Source: the human T2T-CHM13v2.0 reference genome, Homo sapiens
Length of the DNA: 64,000 nt
Reading direction: 5' to 3' (one strand)
Assembly: GCF_009914755.1 (NCBI RefSeq)
Contig: NC_060936.1
Below, piece after piece: positions 12,481 to 24,999 of the stretch; the stretch's first letter is position 1, and every line of letters begins with the position of its first letter. The position numbers and the translations under genes were made by a program. Under the pieces are notes generated by a model. The model made no database searches. It saw only the letters and a program-made list of their open reading frames with translations, and was not told where the DNA came from.

Positions 12481-13206
12481 CAGCAGTCCCCAAACTTTTT
12501 GGCACCAGGGACAGGTTCTGTAGAAGACAATTTTTCCAAGGACTGGTTGGGGGGTACTGGGGCTTGGGGAGTGGTTTCAGGATGAAACTACCACCTCAGA
12601 TCATCAGGCATTAGTTAGTGATACGGTTTGGCTGTGTCCCCACCCAAATCTCATCTTGGATTATGGCTCCCATAATCCCTAAGTGTTGCGGAAGGGAACC
12701 TGTGGGAGGTAATTGAATCAGAGGGGCAGTTATCTTCATGCTGCTCTCATGATAGTGAGTTCTCACAAGATCTGATGGTTTTATAAGCGGCTTTTCCCCC
12801 TTTGCTTGGCACTTCTCTCTCACGTGCTGCCATGTAAGATGTGCCTCTTCCTCTACCGCCATTATTGTAAGTTTCCTGAGGCCTCTCCAGCCATGCAGAG
12901 CTATGAGTCAATTGAACCTCCTTCCTTTATAAATTACCCAGTCTCAGATATTTTTTTCATAGCAGCATGAGAACAGACTAACACAGTTAGATTCTCATAA
13001 GGAGTGCACAACCTAGATCCCTCGCATGCACAGTTCACAATAGGGTTTGCGCTCCTACAAGAGTCTAGTGCCATGGCTGCTCTGATAGGAGGCGGAGCCC
13101 AGGTGGTAATGCTGGCTCACCTGCTGCTCGCCTCCTGTTGTATGGCCCGGTTTCTAATAGGTCACGGACTGATACCAGTCTGCATCCCAGGGACTGGGGA
13201 CTCCTG
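12481..13206 (+). mobile_element. MER1B (hAT-Charlie), split by THE1
   Basis: cagcagtccccaaactttttggcacc...ggggactcctg; perfect 8-bp TSD ccttatgg at 12473-12480 and 13207-13214. Confidence 0.92.
12619..12985 (+). mobile_element. THE1 solo LTR (MaLR)
   Basis: TGatacggtttggctgtgtccccacccaaatctc...gactaacaCA; 5-bp TSD gttag. Confidence 0.95.
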
Positions 13207-13967
13207 CCTTATGGTACCTCACAATGTGCCCAAAGCATAAGAATCATAGTGATGCTGGCAATTTGGATATGCAAAAGAGAAAGGGTAAAGTGCTTCCTTT
13301 AAAAAGTGAAAAGGTGAAAATTCTTGACTTAAGAGAAAAAAATCTTATGCAGAGGCTGCTACGGTCCACGGTAAGAACTAATTTATCTGTGAAATTGCAA
13401 AGAAGGAAAATGAAGTTAATGCTCATTTTACTGTTGCACCTGAAACAGCAAAAGTTATGGCTACAGTGCATGATAGGTGCCTAGTTAAGACGAAAAAGGC
13501 TATGAACTTTGTGGGTGGAGGACATGAACGGAAATGAGTTCCAACTCATGGGAATGTGTTGCCCCTCAAAGTATTGAGCTTAAATGAAGATTTCAGCAAG
13601 GGATCTCCTGAAACGAGTAATATCAAACCATTTACTGGAAACAAGGGATGGTTACACAGATTCTGCAATACAGAAGGTCAGTAGTAGCCTAAGACTAAGT
13701 CACAATACTGACGGCATTTATCTCGCTTCATCTCATCATGTGGGCATTGTACCACCTCACATCATCACAAGAAGAAAGCTGAATCCAGTATTTAAGATAT
13801 TTTGAGAGAGAGAGAGAGAGAGACAGACCACATTCATATAATTTTATTATGGTATATTGTTATAATTGTTCTATTTTATTATTTGTTACTGCTGTTAATC
13901 TCTTATTGTGCCTAATTTCTAAATTAAATTTTATTAAAGATATGTATATGTAAGAGAAAACACAGTA

Positions 13968-14280
13968 CAGACTGTCCCCAACTTACAATTCTACTTATGA
14001 AGTTTCCACTTTACAATGGTGCAAAACCATTCTGTTTTTCACTTTCAGTAATCAATAAATTACATAAGATATTTAATCCATTATGACAACATAGGCTTTG
14101 TGTTAGATGGTTTTGCCAAACTGTAGGTTAATGTAAGTTTTCTGAGTACATTTAAGGTAAATTAGGCTAGCTATGATGTTTAGTAAGGTAAGTTTACTAA
14201 ACGCATTTTTGACTTAACAGTATTTTCAATTTACAATGGGTTTATCAGGACATAACCCCATTGTATGTCGGGAGCATCTG
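13968..14280 (-). mobile_element. MER47A-like Tigger MITE
   Basis: Ends cagactgtccccaacttac / ttgtatgtcgggagcatctg; preceded by TA. Confidence 0.8.
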
Positions 14281-14460
14281 ATACACGACTAGAGTTAAGA
14301 TAATCCAGAGAAATAAATGTTAGCAACATCCCTGCACATGTGTGTCTCACACCTTTCCAGGAATGGCAAAAAAACTTACACTTTGGGTTCTGAGGGTATG
14401 TTGGGACGTCATGCTGAGTACGCTTTAAATTTGATGTTTTATCTTTAAGATTTATATGGC

Positions 14461-14711
14461 AGCCGGGCATGGTGGCTCATGCCTAGGCTGAGGTAGGAAG
14501 ATCACTTGAGCTCAGGAGTTTGAGACCAGCAGGGGCAACGTAGTGAAATCTCATGTCTACCAAAAGAATTAGCTGGTCATGGTGGTGCATTTCTATAGTC
14601 CCAGCTACTCAGAAGGCTGAGGCAGGAGGATCAATTGAGCCCGGGAGGTAGAGGCTGCAGTCAGCTGTGATCATGCCACTCCAGCCTGGGCAACAGAGCA
14701 AGACCTTGTCA

Positions 14712-14739
<28 letters not shown>
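14461..14739 (+). mobile_element. AluJ-type with small internal deletions
   Basis: TSD agatttatRtggc at 14448-14460 and 14740-14752. Confidence 0.92.
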
Positions 14740-14742
<3 letters not shown>

Positions 14743-14803
14743 TTTATGTGGCATTTTAAAAATAAATTTAAAAGATCAAATGTTTTAAAATCTTTACTAA
14801 CTA

Positions 14804-15011
14804 CAGTAACCTCTCACTTAACATTTTTGATAGGTTTTGGAAACTGTGATTTTAAGCTAAACAAAGTATGGTATATCCTCAAATAATATTGTCTAGTTCA
14901 ACTTCATTTCATTACAACATTAATGAGGAAAAAAATTGGTTCCATTATATGCTGTTTCACTTAGAGTTGCAGTTTTCAAGTCTATTGACAATGTTAAGTG
15001 AGGATTTACTC
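14804..15011. mobile_element. MER82-like Tigger MITE with long terminal inverted repeats
   Basis: cagtaacctctcacttaaca...ggaaactgtgattttaag vs cttagagttgcagttttc...tgttaagtgaggatttact; TA flanks. Confidence 0.7.
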
Positions 15012-16058
15012 TACCTAACTTTCCCAAAATTACTATAGTAAATTAACTTTGATAATTGCCTGCTACTTTACAATCATTATCATCACGTCATCACTATCAT
15101 CATCATCATAGCTGTCTTTTATTAAACCCTACTAGGTTCTGGGCTTTATATTTTACTTTTATAGTACCTCAAACCAGGCCCTGTGTATTATATGTATTAA
15201 ATATAAGTGTAATTAATACTATTATCAATCCTATGTTATTCATAAATATTTCTAACACTAAGGCCAGACGCTTCATGAAAACATCTTATAAATAGAAAAA
15301 CTGCTTTCTCTCTATATGAAATAAACAACAGTGAAGAATAAAACAACATACATAAATATATGAAATTGGCAAGAATTGAGAAATCTGTACTCCTGGGTAC
15401 TTGTCATATACTTGGGGAATACCTGTCAGAACAATAGCTTTTTACAATATCCTACCCCAGGATCCATACAGTATATCAACAATCTATTTATTTGACTTGC
15501 AAGTTAATTAAAATTACAATAGCACTTGTAGAAATAAAGAACAAGGAATCTAAAACTATTGGTCTTTAGTAAATAATGAAACAATGTAAAAAATATTGAG
15601 GCAGGAGAATTATGTAATTTCTAAAAATCCAAGTAGTCTTTAATCAAGTATTTGAGATATAGCTGAAGGTCCAGAAAAAAAGATAAATAGAAAAGTATAT
15701 TTCTACAGGCTTGAGTATTCCTTCCAAATCCCACATCCATTTAAGTTGGCAGGGCATATCAGTGGTTTATTTGGACATTGTCCACATTTGTAAATGAGCA
15801 TCTTCGTTTCTGTATTTTGGCACGGGGCCATGTAAATGATTATACTGGTATATATTTAATGTAGTAGATATAAAACATGGCACAAAGTAGAAGTACCAAT
15901 TTTAGAAAACCATAAAACTCATCAAATAACTTCTCAAACGTCTTCAACATAAGTAGCCTGCAAACCATGAGTTGCTGGATACAGCATCTCCATTAACATG
16001 GTCATTTGAGTAACTTTCCATCCTCCTCACATATCAGTTTCATCCTATCCCTGTAGAT

Positions 16059-16260
16059 CAAGCTTGTCCAACCCACAGCCCAGGACGGCTTTGAATGTGG
16101 CCCAATACAAATTTGCAAACTTTCTTAAAACATTGAGATTTTTTTGCAATTTTTTAAAGCTCATCATCTATCGTTAGTGTTAGTGTACTTTATGTGTGAC
16201 CCAAGACAATTCTTCGTTTTCCAGTATGACCCAGGGAAGCCAAAAGATTGGATACCCCTG
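16059..16260 (-). mobile_element. MER30 (hAT-Charlie)
   Basis: caagcttgtccaacc...aaaagattggatacccctg; perfect 8-bp TSD ctgtagat. Confidence 0.92.
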
Positions 16261-17735
16261 CTGTAGATCCTGTCTCTGCAAAAGGAGTGATGCATGGCAG
16301 AGACTCAGATGTGCATTCCCTGGGGGTCTATTCTGTCACCCTCTTCAAATCACTCCAGGAGATGGAGTGAGTCTTGGTGAAACATGCTGGAGAAAAGACA
16401 CACAAGCTTCTCTGACATCTTTCATGAAAGATGACGATAATTTTCTTACAGGGAATATTAAGGCCTTTTTACTGTCATTTTAAACTAAAAAGGAAAGTAG
16501 GACTAATATACATAATCAGTAAAATTGTTAAGTAGGCAAATTTTATTTCTCCAAATCCTACATCTTCTTTGATGACAAGCTTCTTTCTTTTTCTTCTGTC
16601 ACTTCTCTCCCCAGACTGTCTCTGGCCACAGTTAAGTCCAATTTATTTATTCACATGGGGTTGAATCCCAACTGAGCAGCTCATACTCAGAATATTCCCT
16701 TTGCTTTCTCACTCTCCCCATCAAAATGCACCCACTTAATGGTCTATTAGCCAAAGCCCAAACTTTGAATTTCCAAGATCACAGCTGGCCAAACGATAAT
16801 ACAATTGGTGTCAATATGCCAGTGGTTAGAGGCAGAAATAGAGTTTGCAAGGGAACTTCAGAAGTAATTCAATCCTTCACTTAAAACTGGAATCTTGTAC
16901 GTAATTTCACCATCACCATCTCAGATTTTGTCAGACCCTCTTTCCAGAAATCAAAATTCACTTCATTTGGAGGTAACACATATAATTCTAATCTTCCTCT
17001 ACTGGTCTCAGTTTTGGAGTGACACAAAGTCACTTATCTTCACATCCAGATGCAAGCTCGACCCTTTGCCCAGCTTGGTGCCCTAGGATGCTGACTGCCA
17101 TGGATCACATCAAAAGACGCCCCTGTTCCAGGCTTCTGATTGGGTTTTGAAAATGGGAGGCATCAGAGGAGATTAAACAGTAGAAGAGTGAGGTCAGGCC
17201 ATGCATTCCTGCAGCCCTGCCTTGAAGGTGACTGTCAGAGCACGGTGATGTCTCTCCATTCAGATGGGCCTCTCCAATACAGTGCTTTTTCTGGTTCCTT
17301 CAGGCCCAGGGGTGGTGACAACAGCCTGCTATCATTATCCCCAGAGTAGGGTACCAATCCTCATTCTCCTTGGTTTGTTTTCTTTAAAACAACTTTTTTG
17401 AGATGTTTATATAATACAATTCACCCATTCAAAGCATACAATTCAATGACTTTTAATATATTCACAAAGTTGTTCAATCATCACCACCAATTTTTGAACA
17501 CTTTCGTCACCCCAGAAAGAAACTCCATGCCCCATCAGCAGTCATTCCCAATTTCTTGCCAACTTTGCATCCCCAGGTAGCCATGAATGTACTTTCTGTC
17601 TCTATATATTTGGTTGTCTGGATATCCATTTCATATAGATGGAATCATACAACACGTGTTCTCTCTTGTGACTGGCTTCTTCCACTTAGCATAAAGTTTT
17701 CAAGGTTCATCTACATTGTAGCATGTATCAATATA

Positions 17736-18185
17736 TTATTTTTATTTTATTTATTATTATACTTTAAGTTTTAGGGTACATGTGCACAATGTGCAGGTTA
17801 GTTACATATGTATACATGTGCCATGCTGGTGTGCTGCACCCATTAACTCGTCATTTAGCATTAGGTATATCTCCTAAAGCTATCCCTCCCCCCTCCTCCC
17901 ACCCCACAACAGTCCCCAGAGTGTGATGTTCCCCTTCCTGTGCCCATGTGTTCTCATTGTTCAATTCCCACCTATGAGTAAGAATATGCGGTGTTTGGTT
18001 TTTTGTTCTTGCGATAGTTTACTGAGAATGATGATTTCCAATTTCATCCCTGTCCCTACAAAGGACATGAACTCATCATTTTTTATGGCTGCATAGTATT
18101 CCATGGTGTATATGTGCCACATTTTCTTAATCCAGTCTATCATTGTTGGACATTTGGGTTGGTTCCAAGTCTTTGCTATTGTGAA
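17736..18185 (-). mobile_element. Young L1PA (PA2-4-like) 3' end
   Basis: Near-consensus ttttagggtacatgtgcacaatgtgcaggttagttac...gcgatagtttactgagaatg; ORF2 C-terminal peptide MIDWIKKMWHIYTMEYYAAIK. Confidence 0.93.
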
Positions 18186-18204
18186 ATTTTATTGTATGTG
18201 TACC

Positions 18205-18343
18205 TCTTTTTTCATCAACTTTTAAGTTCCAGAGTACATGTGCAAGATATGCAGGTTAGGTAAACGTATGCCATGGTGATTTGCTGCACAGATCAACCCA
18301 TCACCTAGGTATTAACCCAGCATCCATTAGCTATTCTTCCTGA
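18205..18343 (-). mobile_element. Older L1PA 3' terminal fragment
   Basis: aacttttaagttccagagtacatg...cagatcaacccatcacctaggtattaa. Confidence 0.8.
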
Positions 18344-19224
18344 CATCATTTCTTTTCATTGCCTAGCAATATTCCATTGCATAGATATACCACATTTTAT
18401 TTATCCATCAGTTGATGGATATTTGGTTGTTTCAATGTTTTGGCTATCATGAATAATTCTGCTATGAACACTGTATATAAGTTTTTGTGTGAACACATGT
18501 TTTCATTTTGCTTGGGTGGATACCTAGGAATGGACTTGCTAGATCATATGGTAACTCATGAGGTTTAACATTTGAAGGAGCTGCCTGACTGTTTTCCAAA
18601 CAGCTGCCCATTTTACATTCTCAATGGTGGTGTATGCAGGTTCTAATTTCTCCATATCATCACCAAGACTTGTTATTTTCTGTCTTTTTTATTGTAGCTA
18701 TCCTAGTGTGAAGTGGTATCTTACTGAGGTCTTGGTTCTTAAGCCCTGTCTATATTCTTATAACTACTTCCCTTATTAAATTCTCCTCAAATCATTTCCT
18801 TTAAGACCATCATTTGTTTCTTGCCTGACTCTGATGGACTCAAAGGTGATACTTTTTTGAAGGCTGTTTTGAAATCCTCCCCAAGTTTCTCGTTTTCCAG
18901 CTACTCAACTCCTCTTTATATGAACTCTCAGTTTCTAGATTTATCCTCTAATTCACCAGCTTTAGACATTAAATTGTCAAGGTCCTTCCAATTATTTTAC
19001 ACACGTAACATTATGTGAATTGACCAGGATACATTTTACTGGGTGATTATCTCATTGGTTATGAACACTATCTTCTATTAATGACGTTAAAGGTGACAAC
19101 ACCTCTTGCTTGAGCAGCTATGCCTTACTGTTGACTTATATTGAACATAAAATCAACCAGAATATTTTGACAGTTGAAAATTAAACCTGTAATTGACCAA
19201 TGAATTTTTAGATTACATGTATAA

Positions 19225-20066
19225 TGTTTTTATAGATTTAGGGGGTACGCATGCAGTTTTCTTACATGGATATATTGCATAGTGATGAAGTCTGGGATTT
19301 TAGTGTACCCATTGCCCAAATAGTGTACATTGTCCCCATTAAGTAATTTATCATTCCTTACCCCGCACCCTTCCAAGTTTCTAATGTCTATTATTCCCCT
19401 CTCTATGTCCATGTATACACATTATTTACCTCCCACTTATAAATGAGAATATGTGGTATGTGACTTTCTCTTTGAATTATTTCAATTAAGATAATGGCCT
19501 CCAGTTCAATTCATGTTGCTGCAAAAGATAGGATTTCATTCTTTTTGAGGGCTGAGTAGTATTCTGTGGCATGTGTACATATGTGTGTGTATATAAACCA
19601 CATTTTAGTCATCCATTAATGGACACTTAGGCTGATTCTATATCTTTGCCATTGTGAATAGTGCTGTGATAAACATGCGAATGCAGGTATACCTTGGACA
19701 TATTGATTTATTTTCCTTTGGACAGACATCTAGTAGTGGGACTGCTGGGTCAAATGGTAATTCTATTTTTAGTTCTTTGATAAATATACTGTTTTCCATA
19801 GGATTGTACTAATTTACATTCCCACCAGCAGCATACAAGTGTTCTCTCTTCTTCCCATTCTCACCAACATCTGTTGTTTTCTGACTTTTTAATAATAGCC
19901 ATTTTGACTGGTGTGAGATGGTATCTCACTGTGGTTTTAATTTGCATTTCTCTGATGATTAGTGATGTTGAACATTTTTTCATGTTTGTTGGCTGCTTGT
20001 ATGTCTTCTTTTGAAAAACGTTTCTTCATGTCCTTTACCCACTTTTAAAAGGAGTTACTGGTTTTT
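19225..20066 (-). mobile_element. L1PB 3' end
   Basis: tagatttagggggtac...gcatagtgatgaagtctggg L1PB-type 3'UTR. Confidence 0.88.
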
Positions 20067-20459
20067 TAAGTAGAATTATTTTAACACTATTAAATTTTAT
20101 CTCATTATGTTTTGACCAACTTAGATCCTATCACAAACTTCCTGAACACCAAATGAGATAAAATGGGTAAAAGTACATGTATAGGTACATGCTTTCCAAA
20201 GAAAGGAGATCAAACTTTTACTTTCTTCAACTTCTTTCATAGAAGTTCTTAATAAAAATAAAGAGGATAACCCAATGAATAAAAACGGTGGCACCTAACT
20301 ACAGACGTCTCTTTAGCTTGATAGAGATATACTAATCTAGTTCCCTTACGTACAGTTCTTCGGCTATTAATCCATATTACCATACTGTCAACTAAATCAA
20401 ATGTTATGATATATTATGAATCTACCTTTTACAAATCATGATATTGGATAACAGGATGG

Positions 20460-20720
20460 CTCTATTAAAAGAAGTAAATTAATTTTGCATTATTAGATCT
20501 TTGAGAACCCATACTGGCTTCTGGTGAACACTGCTTTCTTTCTAAGTGGTCAGAAATGATCTGCATAATAACACAATCTAGGATTTCACTAATTTCTTAA
20601 AAGGTAACATATAGAAAATATAAACGTTTCCTTCATTTTAAATTCAGGGTAACATTTACTCAACTTGAGTCTCTTGATGCTTTTCTTCTACACGTTATTT
20701 CAAATGTTACCAACAATAGG
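20460..20720 (-). mobile_element. L3/CR1 fragment
   Basis: aacccatactggcttctggtgaacactgctttctttctaagtg resembles CR1 RT region in reverse. Confidence 0.55.
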
Positions 20721-20819
20721 TCTTCAAAAACAAGTTAGTAGCCACCCCACCCTCTCTTCTTTCCTCTCCCAATGAGTATGACTTAATTATGGGTACTCAC
20801 ACTTTCAATACTGAAACTC

Positions 20820-21594
20820 AAAGCAACTAGCTATGGAACTTGACAGTTCTCCTTTCCTCATCTCCTGCATTCAGCTAGATCTATTCAAAATGGGAGTAGA
20901 TCACTTTTCACATCTTGACTTCTCACAACTCCACTGCTGTCACTCTAGTGCAAGCTTAAAGTCCCTCTCACTGCGCTATTGCAATGGTCTTTCCACCTAT
21001 CTCCCTGTTCGAGTCTTATCCTCCAGTCTGTCTATTCTCCCCACAGTAGCCACAGTAAGCTTTGCAAAATGTTCATCTGACCAAGTCACTCTCCGACTTA
21101 CAACGGGCTTCCCATCACACTTAAGATTAAAATCCAAGTGATCTTACTATGCCTTCCTTTCCACCCTAACGCCCCCACCAGCAGCAGCTCTTTTAACTAC
21201 TCTAGCTTTCTTGCTGTTCCTGGAAGTTAAGAAGCTCAGTGTCTCTTCTGGGTTTTTGTCTGCCATTTTCTCTCCCCAGAGTCTCCCCACAGATCTTCAC
21301 ATGACTTGTTTCTCATCATTCAGGTCCCAGATGTCATCTCCTCAAGAACTTTCACTGGTCTCATTGTCTAAATCAGTACCCCCAACCCTACCCTCACCCT
21401 GTTTTATTTCTTTCATCTGATTAATCGCTATCTTCACCTATTATATATTTATTTATTTCCATCTCTACCCCTAGAACCCAAACTCTTTGAGAGCAGGGAC
21501 TTTTGTTTTGTTCATTAGTATATTACTGGCATTTATATTAATAATGGACACATAGTAAACACTCAAAAAATAATTTTTAAATGAATTGAATGAG
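20820..21594 (+). mobile_element. L2 3' region
   Basis: ccacagtagccacagtaagctttgcaaaatg...gagagcagggactttt...aatgaattgaatga tail. Confidence 0.85.
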
Positions 21595-23021
21595 TACCCC
21601 AAAGGAACACATCTAAGACTATAACTTATAATAATACATTTCTCCCTGTGGACACAGGGAGAAACATGTAGGACTGGGGACAGATTCGGCAAGTCTTCCC
21701 ATCACACTGGGCTTTAGGGCCCCCATGTGAGAGCCTAGAGTCTTCATGTACTAACTACATCAATCAATAGACCAACAGTCCAGCCCAAACCCTCTGTTAT
21801 CAAAGAACAGCAGCATATGAGAGGCTTCAATCTTGAGTGTGTGGGGGCATAAGTATTTTTTTCTTTTCTATCTCAACCACCACTCTCCCAATTATAATAA
21901 ATGAATAAAGTAGATTGAAGCTAAGAAAAAAAATACAGCAAAATTAGAAGCTGGCAAAAAAACAAACCCACTGCCTGGGGCAGCCTGGGGCTGATGGATG
22001 ATGACAGCTAGCAGACAAATCCTGTTCCCCATTCTAAATTCTGTCTACTAAACAAATTAGCAAGCTCATCAATAACTGCACGGCATTTACCTTCTGCAGC
22101 AACAGCTGCTGCAAAATCATGCTGCTGACTTTTTGGGTTGTGGTCTTGCCATTGGGACACAATTACAGGCCAATCAGGGTCGGAGATAACAGAATGACAA
22201 TCCAGTATGACAGAAAAGGGTTTTGCAAGGGCTTGGAGGATAATCAGCTTTAGGGTCATCTGTACTGAGTCTACCACCCACCCCAAAATAAGTAGGTATC
22301 TGAATAATGAGATCTGTAAAATTGATTCTTGCATTAGAAATTTACTGTGAAAAACTTACAATAAAAACATTAAGTAACTAAGCAAAAAATTATGAAATAG
22401 ATAATCTTTTATACGGATTACGCTTTAAGACATGGCCCTTGTCATGGAAACTAGTGCTTAATGTAGAAATTATTAAAATTTGGCAAAACTTTTCTATTCT
22501 TTAAAAAATTATGACACAATACTATCTTCCATTTGGGGATGAAAGAAACTTTGTTTCCCATCTTCAAAGAAGTGGGGAAATTTAAGACTACATATTACAT
22601 ATGCAATACAACACATACCTCTTTCTTCAAAAGTTTAAAAGAGAATAGCAAAAGAGAAAAGACTAATTTTACATAGAATGGTTTGTATGCACACCTACAT
22701 GAAGATAAAGATGGCAAAATATTCTTAAAATACCCTGCGTGGGGAAAAATAAAACCGTGAGTGGCTGAAGAACACACAATAGCATTCAGAACAGAGACCT
22801 GACCACACTATTAATTAATTAGGGGAAAGGTGGCTGAAAGAAATCGGAAGAGACTGCCTGGGTCTATTTCAGGCATTTTTCTCGTTAGAGCTCCGAAATT
22901 CATCAGAGTGGGTTTTATCACACACAACAAGGGAAGCCTGCATTTCTCTTGGGCTAATCATGCCCCATCATACTAAGAGGTCACAAAGCAGCAGGGCCAT
23001 CCCATGAGAAGGCGATCTCAT

Positions 23022-23055
23022 CCTCACCTGAGAAGGAAAAAGAAATTCATCAAGA
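23022..23055 (-). other. Strong 3' splice site abutting a 5' splice-site motif (recursive-site-like)
   Basis: Minus strand TTGATGAATTTCTTTTTCCTTCTCAG|GTGAGG; AG at 23029-23028. Confidence 0.35.
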
Positions 23056-24999
23056 ACCCTACTATAGCCGAGAGAAGCCAAGAAACAGCACAGAGAGGTG
23101 CCAGGTACATATTAGTTTCCCAAAAGTCTTCAGCAAATCCTACAGATTTCAGGAATCATTGCAGAGGCTGCTTCCCAAGACTGATCTGCAGGAGCCCGGC
23201 CGCCACTGATGTTGCTATTCTTAGCTGACATTTGCTGACCTGACCATCCAGACCAAGCTGAAGGAGGAGCTGGCTGATGCAGGGGCTAGACATCAAGGTC
23301 TTTACCCTTTGAAGAGGTCTCACAGGACAGATGTGGTGATTTCCACCTCTTCTCTGCTCTAAGCATTGGGTATCTATCTTACTAAGGCACTTACCAAGTT
23401 GTGCAATTAATATTTGTACAAATATCCATATCTCTATCTGATTGTGATGAAGTATGCTTAATTCTTTTGGGGGCACAGGTAGAACAATGCCTGAAAAAGT
23501 TGATCAGTGTTCAATAAGTGGCAAGTAAAAGGTTGTTTTTATGTTCACACTACCCTTAAGTTAAAATGAAGATGAAAACAAGACCAAAGGGCATCATTTC
23601 GAAAAATAAAAATTGTAGTTCAATTTGCTCCCAATCATGTTGTGTTATTCTTATTGGCTTTTGGCAGAAGCCTAACTTCTTTTATTTTTTTCAAATTACG
23701 ATACGCCTTTTCACTACATGGTAGGCTTCAAGAGGCCAGAGACAATTTTCTTTCCCCTGACACAAAGCTTGATGATCTCAAAGATTCTCAATAAATGACT
23801 GTTGATTAATGAGTATTCTACTATAGCCAGCCCGATATTAATGATTCTCCCATTTCCTTCCAACATTTATTATACATTTCTTAGAAAAAACAAACTTGTT
23901 TTAAATGATCAGTCCTTTTCTTCTTCCATGAATAAGAACTTTACCTAAAATGTCCTACCACAGGGATGAGAACTTCGCAATCACTCCCCTCAGGTACAGA
24001 GCCTGGAGAATAAGGATGGAGAACACAGATCTATTAAAAAAAAAAAGAGCTACCATTTTGTCAGTAGCCCTAAGTCTTTGGAACCACAAATCAGTGTCTG
24101 GTGTAAGCCTTCTAGAAGGCTCAACCAGGGGAAATTTTGAGAGAAGAGTTATTTTAGAAATGAGAGCATGAGTGGTGATTTGACAGAAATAATTGGCCAA
24201 AAAAATATATTCTTTCCCAATTGCTCTCTAATCTGTTGTGTGGCTGCAAGTATATGAGCAAGTTCCCTGTGCCTTACTTTCCTTACCTATGAAGCTGGTG
24301 GAAAACCCACTGAATTCTATTAACTGGCAATAATTCTAATAGGACTAAGTTTAACATGTCTACATTTTGTGATCCTCAAAATTCCCAGTGGGTGTAAACA
24401 AAATGAAAATATGCAATATAACATTCTCCTCATGGAAAGAAACCATCAATAAAGCATAGCCAGGGTTGAGATCTGCCATAATATCTATGCTAGGGTGCTA
24501 GAAATAAATAACTTACATATGTTATTTCATGGACCCTGACAGGCTGGTGCCTTGTCACACCCCTGCTTCTAATCTTCCAGAAGTCTCTAGCTGAAAACTA
24601 CTTTCAAACCAGGATTTCCTGGGTACTGCTAGCAGTGACATCAAAGCCATCAGTTCAAGGGTCACATCTTCTCTCCCACTCCCCTGACATCTCTGTCTGG
24701 CCTGCCCTCACAGAATGGAATGCCCTCTTTATCTCTAAGAAGTGCATGCTGCTATGAGAAGGAGGCTGGCAAGGGAGGTTATTGGTTGCAATTGTTTAAG
24801 AGAGTCTAATAATTGCAGCTAGGGATCCATCCTCTCGTGTCACATAAGTTGGAAAATGGGTCAGACATAATGCATTTGGTTAAGTGTCTAAACTGAAAAG
24901 GTACTATTTTATTTTAAATGGCATAGTCTTTACAAAGGCTAAGGTTACTGGTGCAATGCTCTCTCATTTTAAAACGTATCAGGGACATGCCCTCTGAGG

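Larger units (their letters stand above)
12179..13967 (+). mobile_element. MER44/Tigger7 DNA transposon relic, interrupted by MER1B and THE1
   Basis: TA then catgggtcctcccttatccatg...aaattccagaaataaacaattcataag; degenerate transposase N-terminus (MQKRKGKVLPLKSEKVKILDL) at ~13269. Confidence 0.85.
17376..18734 (-). mobile_element. L1MB 3' end hosting two L1PA tails
   Basis: Reverse L1MB 3'UTR (tacaattcacccattcaaag...) that resumes at ~18344. Confidence 0.8.
17050..18840 (+). mobile_element. LTR33-like ERVL LTR split by L1 insertions (pieces ~17050-17375 and ~18735-18840)
   Basis: ggatgctgactgccatggatcacatc...ttcaggcccaggggtggtgacaacagc; 3' piece cccttattaaattctcctcaaa. Confidence 0.65.

Noticed and set aside
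13224-13805. ORFs resembling a transposase N-terminus
   Set aside because: Frameshifted Tigger7/MER44 relic with no intact catalytic domain.
23389-23397. Perfect minus-strand donor TTG|GTAAGT (also one at ~48706-48714)
   Set aside because: Both lie within L2- or L1MC-derived sequence, and I found no convincing upstream acceptor.
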